From an uncultured delta proteobacterium (GTDB lineage: Bacteria; Myxococcota_A; Polyangia; Polyangiales; Polyangiaceae), in NCBI GenBank assembly GCA_963716725.1, contig CAVQUB010000011.1, positions 128,001 through 192,000 of the forward strand: a stretch of DNA of 64,000 nucleotides. Reading direction: 5' to 3'. The notes beneath the pieces were generated by a model. It worked only from the letters and a program-made list of their open reading frames with translations. It searched no databases and was not told the origin of the DNA. Made by a program: the position numbers and the translations under genes. Within the stretch, counting starts at the first letter, position 1; each line of letters starts with the position of its first letter. This document shows, one piece after another, positions 53,036-63,138 of this stretch.

Positions 53036-54169
53036 GTGTCCGTGGTGGTGGACCGGACGAACGCAGATCCCGCGCCGGGAGTGCTGCGACGCGCGTGGCC
53101 TGCAGTCCAAGCCCGCCTCGGCGGACCCCTGCTCGAAGCGCTGTTGGCACGCGGGAGCCTGCGACGGCGACTGGCGCGCAGTCGCAGCGAGGCAGTGGAG
53201 GGCCAGTTCGTCGACGAGCATCTTGCCGCGATGCTCCGCATCGACGACCTCAGCGGCGACTCGCTGGTCGAGCGAAGGACTCCGGAGGAGGCGCGTCGCG
53301 CACTGCGGGTGAGCGTTGCGTCGGTCGACGCTCCTCCTCGCACCCAAGTCCACTGGCGTGAGCTGTGGTGGAGCGGTCCGGGCGGGAGCCAGCGCGCGCG
53401 GCTCTACACGCCACCGGGGCTCGACACACCCTCGCCAGCAGTCGTGTACTTCCACGGCGGCGGGTGGGTCGTTGGCAATCTCGAATCGCACGACTTCCTG
53501 TGCCGACGACTCGCGGTCAGCGGCCACGTGCGCGTGGTGGCCATCGACTACCGCCTCGCCCCGGAACACTTCTTTCCGGCCGCGGCCGAGGACGCGGTCG
53601 CGGCGTTTCGCTGGTGCGTCGATCACGCGCGGGAGCTGGAGATCGATCCGGCGCGCGTCGCGGTGGCCGGAGACAGCGCCGGCGGGAACCTGAGCGCGGT
53701 GGTTTCGCTGCACTCCAGATCGCACGCGGCGAAACCAGCGCTCGCCGTGCTGCTCTACCCGGGCCTGGACGCCACGCGCAGCCAGCCTTCGCACCGGACC
53801 TTCGGCGACCGCTGGATGCTCACCGAGGCCTCCATCGCCTGGTACCACCACAACTACTACGGCGATTCCGCAGAAGTTCACCGGCATCCCGACGCATCGC
53901 CGGTGTTCGCGACCGAGTTCGCCGGGGTCTGCCCGACGTGGATCTACGCCTGCCACTTCGACCCGCTGCGGGACGAAGCCGTCCACTATGCCGACCTCCT
54001 GCGCAATGCCGGCGTGGACGTGAAGCTGAGCGTCTTGCCCACCATGATCCACGGCTTCGCCCTGATGACGCGGGCTTGCCCGGCGGCCCGGGAAATCACC
54101 GAGCGCATCGCGGCTGATTTGGGCGCCGCGCTGCGCGCTGGCGCTGGCTGGCGCGGACTTTCTCCCTGA
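53036..54169 (+). CDS. Hormone-sensitive-lipase family alpha/beta hydrolase
   Basis: YFHGGGW, DYRLAPEH.FPAA, GDSAGGN, DPLRDE, HGF; start uncertain. Confidence 0.92.
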   Translation: MSVVVDRTNADPAPGVLRRAWPAVQARLGGPLLEALLARGSLRRRLARSRSEAVEGQFVDEHLAAMLRIDDLSGDSLVERRTPEEARRALRVSVASVDAPPRTQVHWRELWWSGPGGSQRARLYTPPGLDTPSPAVVYFHGGGWVVGNLESHDFLCRRLAVSGHVRVVAIDYRLAPEHFFPAAAEDAVAAFRWCVDHARELEIDPARVAVAGDSAGGNLSAVVSLHSRSHAAKPALAVLLYPGLDATRSQPSHRTFGDRWMLTEASIAWYHHNYYGDSAEVHRHPDASPVFATEFAGVCPTWIYACHFDPLRDEAVHYADLLRNAGVDVKLSVLPTMIHGFALMTRACPAAREITERIAADLGAALRAGAGWRGLSP

Positions 54170-54190
54170 AACCCCACTCCGCTTGGCACC

Positions 54191-54686
54191 CTAGTGCCGC
54201 GCGGCCGAAGTTCGAGTGGATTCGCCCCTGAGACCTGCGCTCATTTGGGCTCTCACAGGAAGGGCGGAAGAGCGGAAGGATTTGGGGTGGTCAGGCGTTA
54301 GCCTCCGCAGGCCATTTCTGAGCGCGGTCACGTTGAAGTTGACGAGCAGGCCGACGGGCAACCGCGAAAGGCGCAGATAGGTGATGACCTGCGCTTCGTA
54401 AATCGGGAGCAGCCGCTCGACCGCCTCGAGCTCCAGGAGGATACGATCTGGAAGCGACCAGGTCGAGGCGATAGGCGCAGTCAAGGTGTACGCCTTTGAA
54501 GCGGATTGGTAGCGGTCGCTGCCGCTCGAACTTGAGCCGTCGTTCGGACAGCTCGGCAGATAGACAGGCCTCATATGCGGATTCCATCAGCCCTGGACCG
54601 AGATGCCGATGCACCTCGATCAGCGCACCGATCACCTCGTCCGTCCCATCCCCAAATCTTCCGAGCTTTCGCCCTTCCTGTGCCAT
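54191..54686 (-). pseudogene. GxxExxY protein (PD-(D/E)xK nuclease-like), frameshifted near 54452
   Basis: IG..IEVHRHLGPGLMESAYEACL..EL, YRLDL | ..LELEAVE...AQVITYL......GLLVNFN; ExK reads ELE. Confidence 0.85.
54254..54682. repeat. Pair of ~34-bp inverted repeats (54254-54287 and 54650-54682) bracketing the GxxExxY core
   Basis: CACAGGAAGGGCGGAAGAGCGGAAGGATTTGGGG vs reverse complement CACAGGAAGGGCGAAAGCTCGGAAG-ATTTGGGG, 30/34 positions identical. Confidence 0.85.
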
Positions 54687-54703
54687 CCCCGTGTGGTCGG
54701 GCC

Positions 54704-55190
54704 TCACTCCGAAACAGTTGCGGCTTTCTTCGCAGAAAGTGAGGGGATTTTTCTGGATTCGGCCCACGACTTGGGGCGGTACGACCAGCGAAAGGGTCGG
54801 TCGGTCCGCAGATACCACGCGACGTACGCGTCGATCCTCGCCGCGAGGTCGTCGGTGCTTCTACTCGAGCCGCTACGGTGTCCGAGAGAGAGAGGGCGGC
54901 CGTCCCGAGCGCGGGGCGTCCGCCAGTCTCTCGCTAGGTGCCGCGCAGTCGAAGCGCTTGCGCCAGTCGTCCACCGTGCGCACGTGCACCCCGAGGAGCC
55001 GGGCGATGTCCGTCGCAGGCACTCCGTCCGCCATCATCAACACGGCCTGCGCCCGACGAACCAGCCGCTGCTCCGCCCTGGCGGGTCGCAACGCCTCCTC
55101 GATCCGCGCGCGCTCTTCAGCCCTCAGCGCGAGCGGAACCGTCGGACGACCACCGTGCGCTCGACCCGCGAACGCGCTGTAGTCGATCAT
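54704..55190 (-). pseudogene. IS630-family transposase, internally deleted (HTH N-terminus plus extreme C-terminus, no DDE domain)
   Basis: RRAQAVLMMADG...IARLLGVHVRTVDDWRKRF...LADAPRSGRP; then SDTVAARVEA in the -1 frame; then STDDLAARIDAYVAWY...PFRWSY in another frame. Confidence 0.82.
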
Positions 55191-55293
55191 GTCACCCCAC
55201 TACACCGACGACACGCACACGGAAAAGAAACCAGCGAAACTTCTGCCGCGCGGCACTAGCCGATCCCGCCCCTGCGCACGCCCGCCCCTCGAG

Positions 55294-56262
55294 TCACGGA
55301 CCTGCTGCCTGCGCGGCGAAGAAGTCGAAGACCACCTTGCTGGCGTCGATGTCTCGACTCACTCGACCCACGACACGCTCGGGCAGGTACTGACGCCCAC
55401 CGGGCCAGGTGTGTCCTCCGCCCTCCACTCGGTAGAGCGCGACGCGGGTCCCGTCTGCGCAACCGTCTCGCTCCTCGAAGTGAACTCGGGTGCCGTCGGC
55501 GGGATCCACGTCGGGCAGTGCCAGCGGCGCTGCCCGACGCGTGCAAGCGCCGAACTTCGCCCACCACTCCAGGGTCGCGTCGGTGGAGAGGACCTCGCCG
55601 CGGTCCCGTCCCAACACCCGAATTTGCCCGCCGGCGTAGGGCACCACCGGGTCAGCGGTGCCGTTCACCATCAGCACGGAGATGCGACGCTTCGGAGTGG
55701 CGTGCTGGTGGACGGCGGGCAGGCTCATGGTGACCGGCGCCACGGCGCGGATCCGGTCGGACAGCTCGACGGCGAGCCTGAAAGACATGCCTCCCCCGTT
55801 GGAGATCCCGGTGACGAACACCCGCTGCCGATCGATCCCGTACTCCGAGTGCGCGTGATCGATCAGGGCCGAGATGAAACCCACATCGTCGACGCCTGCC
55901 CGCGCCCGCGCGCCGCGGTCGTCCAGGGGACGACCGTCGTTCCATCCGTTGGCGATGCCCTGCGGCAAGAGCAGCACCCAGCCCCGCGCGTCTGCCTGAG
56001 CGGTCAGTGAGAACTTGGTGGCGCTGTTGAGGTTGGCAGCAACTCCACCTCCGCCGTGCAGGGCGATGACCAACGGCACTGGACCCCGAGTCGCGTGCCC
56101 CGGCGGCAAGTGTAGGAAGAACGTCCGCTTGCGACCTTGGAACTCGAGCGTGTGCTCGGAGAGGCCTCGCCGAGCTCGCAAGCGGCACGCCAGCAGCCCC
56201 ACCAGCACCGCGCCCAGCGCGAGGCAGGCGGTGACGACGAGTCGCTTCGTTCTCCGGTTCAC
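55294..56262 (-). CDS. PHB-depolymerase/LpqC-like esterase
   Basis: PLVIALHGGG, DDVGFI, TGISNGG, NGTADPVVPY.GG, GGGHTWPG; GTG overlaps upstream TGA. Confidence 0.9.
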   Translation of the reverse strand: MNRRTKRLVVTACLALGAVLVGLLACRLRARRGLSEHTLEFQGRKRTFFLHLPPGHATRGPVPLVIALHGGGGVAANLNSATKFSLTAQADARGWVLLLPQGIANGWNDGRPLDDRGARARAGVDDVGFISALIDHAHSEYGIDRQRVFVTGISNGGGMSFRLAVELSDRIRAVAPVTMSLPAVHQHATPKRRISVLMVNGTADPVVPYAGGQIRVLGRDRGEVLSTDATLEWWAKFGACTRRAAPLALPDVDPADGTRVHFEERDGCADGTRVALYRVEGGGHTWPGGRQYLPERVVGRVSRDIDASKVVFDFFAAQAAGP

Positions 56263-57299
56263 GGGGGCCTCGACTTCGATGGCCCGGCCCGGAACCGCTC
56301 GCGGATCCAATCCACGGCGCTGGACAGCTTCGCCGCCGGTCCTCGCTCCTTCGCCGCGCAGGCGTCGAAGGCCGCCGCGAGCGCGTCGGACGCGAGCCCG
56401 TCGCGATCACCGATGAACACGATCAGGGTTTCTCGGGCGCGGTCGCCCCAAGCTCCGCCGAGCTCGATGCGGGCGCGGCGACCGACGACCTGCAAGACCG
56501 TGCGATGATCGGGACGGGCGTCGAGATATACGAAACCTTTCGCGCGAAATACGCTGCTGGGCAGCTCCGTGCATGTGGTCCGAAGGGCCTCGAGCGACAA
56601 CATCTTCGGCGTCCGGTAGGTGAAGGTCGAAAACCCGTGGCTACGCTCGTGCTCGGTTTCGGCTGGGCGCAAGCGGGCGTGATCGGGATCCATGCCCAGG
56701 CCAAGGCAGAGTTCCAGCGGCACCTCACCGAGCACCGTATCGACCACACGCGCCGTCGGCACCCAGGCCACAATGCGACGGCGAAGCTCGGCGACACGCT
56801 CGGGCGAGACGAGATCGGTCTTGTTGACCAGCACTACGTCCGCGAGGACCAGTTGCTCGCGCGCGAGCAGGTAGTGCTCGTCGTCGGCTTCCGGGAAGTG
56901 CTCCGCGTCCACCAGCGCGATCACGCCATCGACGAACAGGGGCCAACGCTTCTCCATCAGCGCAAAGGTCCTGAGCACGCTGCCCGGATCGGCGACGCCC
57001 GAGAGTTCGACGACCAAGTGTTCGGGGGGCGGTTCGCGACGCAGGAGATCACGAGCCGCCGCCACTAGGTCGTCGCGGATGGTGCAGCAGACGCATCCGT
57101 TGGCCAGCGTGATGGTGGTTTCATCCGCAGCGATGATCAGCTCTCGATCGACGCTGACATCGCCAAAGTCGTTGACCAGCACCGCGATCCGCCGGCCGTG
57201 CTCGCCGGCCAGGATGCGATTCAGAAAGGTGGTCTTGCCCGCTCCCAAGAAACCCGCGACCAACGTCACCGGTACCGGCGCGTGGCGTCGCGGCTCCAT
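56259..57299 (-). CDS. COG0523/CobW-family metallochaperone GTPase
   Basis: GFLGAGKTT, VNDFG, NGCVCCT, ELSGVADP, NKTD, HxxxxH stretch, RAKG...QVVG CobW_C; TGATG coupling to upstream gene. Confidence 0.93.
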   Translation of the reverse strand: MEPRRHAPVPVTLVAGFLGAGKTTFLNRILAGEHGRRIAVLVNDFGDVSVDRELIIAADETTITLANGCVCCTIRDDLVAAARDLLRREPPPEHLVVELSGVADPGSVLRTFALMEKRWPLFVDGVIALVDAEHFPEADDEHYLLAREQLVLADVVLVNKTDLVSPERVAELRRRIVAWVPTARVVDTVLGEVPLELCLGLGMDPDHARLRPAETEHERSHGFSTFTYRTPKMLSLEALRTTCTELPSSVFRAKGFVYLDARPDHRTVLQVVGRRARIELGGAWGDRARETLIVFIGDRDGLASDALAAAFDACAAKERGPAAKLSSAVDWIRERFRAGPSKSRPP

Positions 57300-58570
57300 C
57301 AATCCAACTGGCCGAGCACGCGGCCCACGGTTCGTTCGACGTCTTCGGGGGACACGCCCAGCCGGGCGGCGACCTTCATGGCAACGTCGAGCTCTGCGCG
57401 CGCGAGGTGGCGATCGGCGAGCGCTACCACGATCAGATCTTCGACCAGTTTCTTGCGACCCAAGCGGGGAAAGATGACTCGAGAGGCTCTGGGCCAACGA
57501 CGCCATGCGCGCGTCGTGGTCCTCGGGCGACAGCGCCAAGAGATCAGCCGCGGAGTCGACCACGCCTCGCTTGCCCACTAGACTGCCCAGCGCCTCGCGC
57601 TCGCCTCGGGTGACCTGCCCATCGGCCAGCGCGATGGCCATGCCCGCGAGGGCAAGCAGCTCCCGGGTCGCTACCGCGACGTCGAGCTCGTCGGAGAGAA
57701 AGCTCGGGTCCATCATGCGCATCAGCGCGCCGACCTCTCGCTCCAGCTCCGCCTTGGCCAACAGCACGCCGCTCTTGCCGAGGAAGCGGTGGAAGCGCGC
57801 CTCGGCCGGGCTTCGGCCCATGATGCCGTGAAAGGCGTCGGAGCGAGCGAAGAGATCGAGCGCCTTCACACGCAACGGGCTGTAGGGATGCGTCGAGAGC
57901 CAATCGGCTTCGCTGCTCTCGATCTCGTCGCTGGCAACTGCAGCGAGCTGCTCGGCGTGCTCGCGGGCGTGGTTCAGGTAGGCCGGTTGGCTGAGCCCGC
58001 TCGTGAGCTTGAAGAAGGCACGCACAGCCGCGTCGAAGTCGTCGCAGCACAGGAGCCCGACGCGGTCGGCCGAGAGCTCGGCGTAGCGCATCCAGGCGCA
58101 CAGTCGCACCAGCTGAATCGGAGCGACCTCTTCGTCGCCCACCAGGTCGCTCACTGACAGGTTGAAGTGACCGAAGAGGACGTGCCCCAGCTCGTGCCCC
58201 AGCACGAAGCGGAGCTCCGCCGGATCGAGGCGTTCGAGCGCTTCGCTGGTGAAGCCGACGAGCAGCACGCCGTCTGCCTGCCGGGGAGGCACGACGAAGG
58301 CGTTGATGCGGGATTCGGAGACGCAATAAAGCTCGAGCGGACCTTCGAGACCGAGCGTCTGGTTGACGTCGGCGAGGGCGGCAAAGGGCTCTTTGGCCAT
58401 GCTCGGCGACAAGCGGAGCGCGTTCAGGAGGAGCCGGCGGCGAGCGGACATGCTGGCCGCATCCGCGTCTCGCGCCGCCAGAATGCGAGCGAAGCGCTTG
58501 TCCCGGGTGAGCGCCTGATGGAGATCGCGATCACCTTCGAAGATGACTCGATCGAGATCGAGCTTGCAGG
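57299..58570 (-). CDS. M48-family zinc metalloprotease fused to a TerB-like domain (frameshift near 57460; start uncertain)
   Basis: NAF, LGHELGH, ELSADR, THP...R; TerB-like IALADGQVTRGERE..L and, after the shift, VALADRHLARAE......A..LG. Confidence 0.82.
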
Positions 58571-58588
58571 CCCGACGCGACCCGAGGC

Positions 58589-61500
58589 TCAGTTGCCGTC
58601 CCACGGCTTGCCCATTTGGGCGAGGATCTTCTTGGCCTCGCCTCGGTACGGGTTGTCGGTGGGACCGAGTCGAAGGAAGGCTTCCCAATGCGGGATCGCA
58701 TCGCGATTCTCGCCCATGGCGCGAGCCAGAACGTGGTGCGCCTCCCACTGCCATCGCGGCTTTGGGTCCAACTTGGCCGCGAGCTCGAGAGCTTGCGCTC
58801 AACTGAGTCTCGGCCTCCGCGTTGCGCCCGTTGGCGGCCAGGAGCTTGCCGTAGCGATAGCGCCAAGTGGCGTTGTCCGGCTGGCCCTCGACCGCGCTCT
58901 GGTACTGAGTGATTGCCTCAGTCTCTCTTCCGAGATCGTAGAGGCTGTCACCCAGCGCGGCACGCGCCTCGATTCGATGGGGGTTGAGCTCGAGTGCCTT
59001 GTTCAGATCCTTGACGGCGTCCCGAACGGCTCCCTGCTTCTGCCGGAGCACGCCGCGCTGCCAATAGGCGTCGCCCAAGCGCTGATCGAGCTCGAGGGCC
59101 TTCTGCACGGCTATCTCGGCACGCTGGGGGCGGCCGGCTTCGTTCGCCGCCCAGGCGACGTACAGGTGATATTCGGCGCGATTCGGATCGAGATCGACGG
59201 CCTTCTCGAGCATCCTCAGAGACTCGGCCATGTTGGTGCCCTCGGTCAGCAGCGCCTTGCCCTTACAGTGATGAGCCTCCGCCGAACTCGGGCGTTTCTC
59301 GAGGACCTTCGTGAGCATCTCGGAGGCCTGCTTCGCAGCCTGCGTTCCGGCCTTCCCGCAGGCCACGCGCAGCATCAGATCCGGATCGTTGGGCGCCTTC
59401 GCTAGCGCATCTTCGTAGGCCTTGAGGGCCTCGGCGCCGCGACCCGAGGCTTCGAACAGAAGCCCTCGCTCGAGGGCTAGCCCGGGGTATTCCTTGTCCA
59501 CCGCCGCAACCTCGTCGAAGGCCTTGCCGGCCAGGTCGAAGCTCTTGTCACGCCGATAGGCGATGGCGAGCTTGAACTTGGCGCCGACGTCACCTGGATC
59601 GACCTTCAGAGCCGACTGGTAGTCGCTCACCGCGTCGGCGGTCTTGCCTCGGCCAAGCGCGATGTCCCCCAGGGCGATGCGCACCTGCGCAGAGTCCGGC
59701 AGCGCCTTTTGGGCGGCGGCAAGGACGCCTTGAGCTTCATCGTGCTTGCCCTGCGCAGTGAGGAGCTGCGCCAACCCGATGTGGATGTACACGAGATCGG
59801 GATCGACCACGCCCGCCGCGATCACCTGGCGGTAGGCGGCCTCCGCCTCTTTGCGCGAGCCGGCCGCTTCTTGCACCTTGCAGCCCCAGTAGGCCACGAG
59901 CACGCTCTTGGGGAACTCGCCCTTCAGCTTCTCGATGGCCGTGGCCGCGTCTTCGAGGCGTTCGAGCGCAAGCGCAGTCTTGGCGACCCCGACCCGCGCG
60001 GTCACCTCCCTGGCGTCGGATTGTGCGGCCGCTTCGAAGCGCGCGAGGGCTTCGGAGTACCTGCCCGCTCGGTAGAGCGCGTCCCCGAGACCGACCAGCG
60101 CACGCGCGGACTTGGGATCGATCTTGAGCGCCTCGGAGAACGCCTTCTCTGCGTGAGTCACCCGCGAGCGGGCCAGGTGAACCTCGCCCAAGAGCGTGTG
60201 CGCCTCCACCAACTCACCCGAGCTCGAGCCCGCGGTGTCCGCCGTGACCTCCTCGAGCAGCTTGGTTGCCTGGGCCTCTTTCCCGTGATTCCAGGTTGCT
60301 CGCGCCGTGAGAATGCGCGCGCCGACGTGGCTGGGATTCCTGGTCAACGTGAGCGTGGCGAGCTCTTCGGCCTGCTTGCGATCCCCGGCGAGGAACTTGC
60401 GCTCGCGCGAGGCCATATGCGGTCCGCGCGCTCTTCTCCACGACCTCGGCCTTCTCCCAGGCCGCCGAAGCCGCTTGCGGCTCACGCGCTCGAAGCTCGG
60501 TTTCCCCCAAGAGGCTCAGCACGTCGATGTCATTCGGGCGCGTCGATGCCATGGCTTCGAGCATTCCGCGCGCAGCCGGTGAGCGCGTGGCCGCCGCGTG
60601 CGCAGCGCGTGCCAGATCGAGATTGCGCACTTCTTTGACGTTCTCCGACCCGAGCTCCTCGAGCAGCACCGAGGCGCGCGCGCTCACCTCCGGGTCGGCA
60701 CCGAAACGGAGCTCTTGACCGTAGGCGACGTAGACCGCGTAAGCAGCTAGCGCCTTCTGCCGCTTGTTCGTGGAACGCGCGGCGTCAGCGGCCTGGTACG
60801 CTCTCTTGGCTTCCGGGTGGGTGTCTTTGGCGAGCGCGTCGCGAACCGTCTTCGACGTGTCAGCGAGTACGCGCTGGTATTCACCGGCCTTCATCTTGTC
60901 GTAGGCCCACAGCAGGCCGAAGGGTCCGACGTTGGGCACGAGCGCCAACGCGCCACCGGCCAAAACAAACACCACGCCCACCGCCGCGATGGCTCGCAGG
61001 CTCTTCTTCTTGGGCGGCGGCTCGAGCTCATCTTCTGCCGCCACGCGCGGAACCGGCGCCCGGACCTGAAGCTGCCCACCCTGCGGCGCCAGCTGCCCTT
61101 CCTGCGGCAGCCCCCCAAACTCCATCTCGTCGCGGGCGGAGTCGATGCTGCCTCCCGGCTGGCCGGCGTCGAGGTTGACCTCGCCGAACGAGACTCCGCC
61201 GCCTGACTGCCGAACCACGCCGGGGTCGCCCTGCTGCGATGACGCGCCCAGATCGATCTCGCCGAACGCTCCCATCGGAGTCGGCAAGCCCGCTGCGTTC
61301 ATCGGCATGCCCGCCGCGTTCATCGGCATGCCTGCCGCGTTCATCGGCAGGCCCGCCGCGTTCATCGGCATGCCCGCCGCGTTCATCGGCAGGCCCGCCG
61401 CGTTCATCGGCAGGCCCGCCGCCGTCTGAGGGAGCCCCGCCGCCGCCTGAGGGAGCCCCGCCGCCATTTGAGGGAGCCCCGCGGCAGGCGACGGCAGTCC

Positions 61501-62391
61501 TGCCGCCGGGACCGGCAACCCGGCCTGCACGGAGGGCAGATCGCCGGCGATAGAAGGAAGATCGGAGCCCAACGCGGGCAGATCGAGCTCACCGAAGCCT
61601 CCCCCGGTCGGAGCTGGCAGGCCGGCGGATGGCAGCGGGAGATCCACCTCGCCGAATCCGGCGGGACGCTGGGGCACCGACGCGGGAAGATCTAGGTCAT
61701 CCAGCTGCGGCGCAGCGCGTCTGCCGCCCACCACTGGAAGGTCGAGCTCCTCCGCTTCGGGCGCGAAAGCCGCCAGCGCGCCGGCGACGGGCGACGGCAG
61801 ATCGATCTCGCCGAAGCCCTGGCTCGGCGCGGGGTGCTTGGGCGCGACCGGGGCGGGCAGGTCGACGTCGTCGACTTCGATGGGCCCTGGAAACGGTCCG
61901 GCTGTCAGCGGACGCGGCGGGGGAGGCTTGGGCGGCGACGCCCTAGGGGCGGCGGGCGCAGGCAAGTCCAGCCCGATATCGCCAAAATTCGCGAACTCGC
62001 CGCCACCGCCCGGCTCCGGGACCGGGGCGAGGGGCTGGGTCAGGCCAGGCCGGGCCGGCGGCTTGGCGGCGGGCGCAGCGAGCCCGCTCGGCGGTGGCGT
62101 GCCCAATAGGGTCTGCTTCGGCGCGGGCCGCGGCGGCGCCGCGGCGGCCCCAGGGCCCGCAACCCCGAGCATTGTCTGCTTCCGAATGGGGGGTAGACCC
62201 GGCTTTGCGGGACCTGTCCCGGCGGATCCCGCCAAAAGTGGACTGGGTCCAGTCGCGCGGGGGTCAGGTGGTGGCTCGACCTGGAAAGAGTTTCCGCACT
62301 TCGGGCATCGCATCTTCAGGCCGGTCGAAGGCACGCGGCGTTCGTCGACCTGATACGGAGCGTTGCAGTCGGGGCACTCGACCTTGAACAC
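58589..62391 (-). CDS. Zinc-ribbon (MJ0042-type) / Pro-rich linker / TM / multi-TPR protein (frameshifts near 60400 and 58793)
   Basis: CPDCNAPYQV...KMRCPKCGNSF; low-complexity linker; TM AIAAVGVVFVLAGGALAL; long TPR array across three track ORFs. Confidence 0.82.
61288..61476. repeat. 21-bp coding tandem repeat, 9 units, encoding [LM]P(MN/Qx)AAG
   Basis: Six near-perfect GCCCGCCGCGTTCATCGGCA[TG] units plus three variant units. Confidence 0.9.
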
Positions 62392-62486
62392 AGGATTCCT
62401 GTGCTCTTGTTTAGCAGGATGTCGGCGGAGTTGTCGCGCTTTCTGAGGCCCGCGGGCCCCGAGCCGTGCTACTCGCTGTCACCGCA

Positions 62487-63047
62487 ATGCAACGCTGGAA
62501 GTCGGTGGTCGCCGGGCTAATCTCGTCGGCTGCGCTCGTCGCCGTCATGTACAAGGCCGGGACGCCTGCTTCGCGGGGCACGACCCCGCTCCCGAGCGCC
62601 TCAGCCTCCGGGGGCGCCGCAGCGGAGATCCCGCCCGCCCCGAGCGGGAGCGCCGGGAGCGAAGAGCCAGCGGGCCCGGCCTTGGGCGTGCCGTCGGAGG
62701 AGACGGCCGACGACGGCGGAACGGCGCTTCCGAGCGGAGCGCCGGGGACGGTGTCGTTCGGGGTGGTACTCTTTACCTATCAGGGAGTGCAGTTCGCGCC
62801 ACCCGGCGCTAGAACCAAGGCCGAAGCCCTGGAGAAAGCCAAAGCGGCGGTCGCGGACGCCCAGACCGACTTCGCCGAAGCCGTGAAGAAGGGCGATCGT
62901 GGCTCCACGGCGGATGCCGGCCGGATCCCCCGGGGTGTGCTGGAAGCGGATCTGGAATTCGTGGTCTTCAGTCTAGCCAAAGGCGCCGTGCACCCGGAGC
63001 CCATCGACACGCCCCGCGGCTTCTGGGTGGTCCGGCGCGTGGACTGA
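62487..63047 (+). CDS. Parvulin/PpiC-like peptidyl-prolyl isomerase domain protein, membrane anchored
   Basis: N-terminal TM; RTKAEA...A, F, G.I.RG......E...F.L..G....PIDTPRGFWVVRR. Confidence 0.7.
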   Translation: MQRWKSVVAGLISSAALVAVMYKAGTPASRGTTPLPSASASGGAAAEIPPAPSGSAGSEEPAGPALGVPSEETADDGGTALPSGAPGTVSFGVVLFTYQGVQFAPPGARTKAEALEKAKAAVADAQTDFAEAVKKGDRGSTADAGRIPRGVLEADLEFVVFSLAKGAVHPEPIDTPRGFWVVRRVD

Positions 63048-63138
63048 CGAGCCACGGCGCGCCGGGCGAAGCGCGAGTGATTTCAACGTGCAGCGACAAC
63101 CCTGCGTAAGGTAAGAGTTACTCGATCGCCAGTCGTCG

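Larger units (their letters stand above)
54191..55259 (-). mobile_element. Non-autonomous IS630-family element with passenger gene
   Basis: Terminal inverted repeats CTAGTGCCGCGCGGCCGAAGTTCG (54191) vs CTAGTGCCGCGCGGCAGAAGTTTCG (reverse complement, ending 55259); CTAG/TA at both ends; IS630-like transposase remnants inside. Confidence 0.85.

Noticed and set aside
56259..60485. 1408-aa TPR-M48-TerB-CobW 'fusion' in the ORF track
   Set aside because: Single-base shifts near 58793 and 57460 bypass the real stops at 58589 and 57299. The junction peptides are out-of-frame nonsense, and three separate genes are recovered on correction.
61288..61476. Possible CRISPR array
   Set aside because: Head-to-tail 21-bp units without unique spacers, in frame within a CDS, and no cas genes in the window.
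58589..62391. Calling this gene gltJ/agmX
   Set aside because: It shares only the zinc ribbon and linker; no GYF or TonB-C domain was seen and the C-terminus is TPR.
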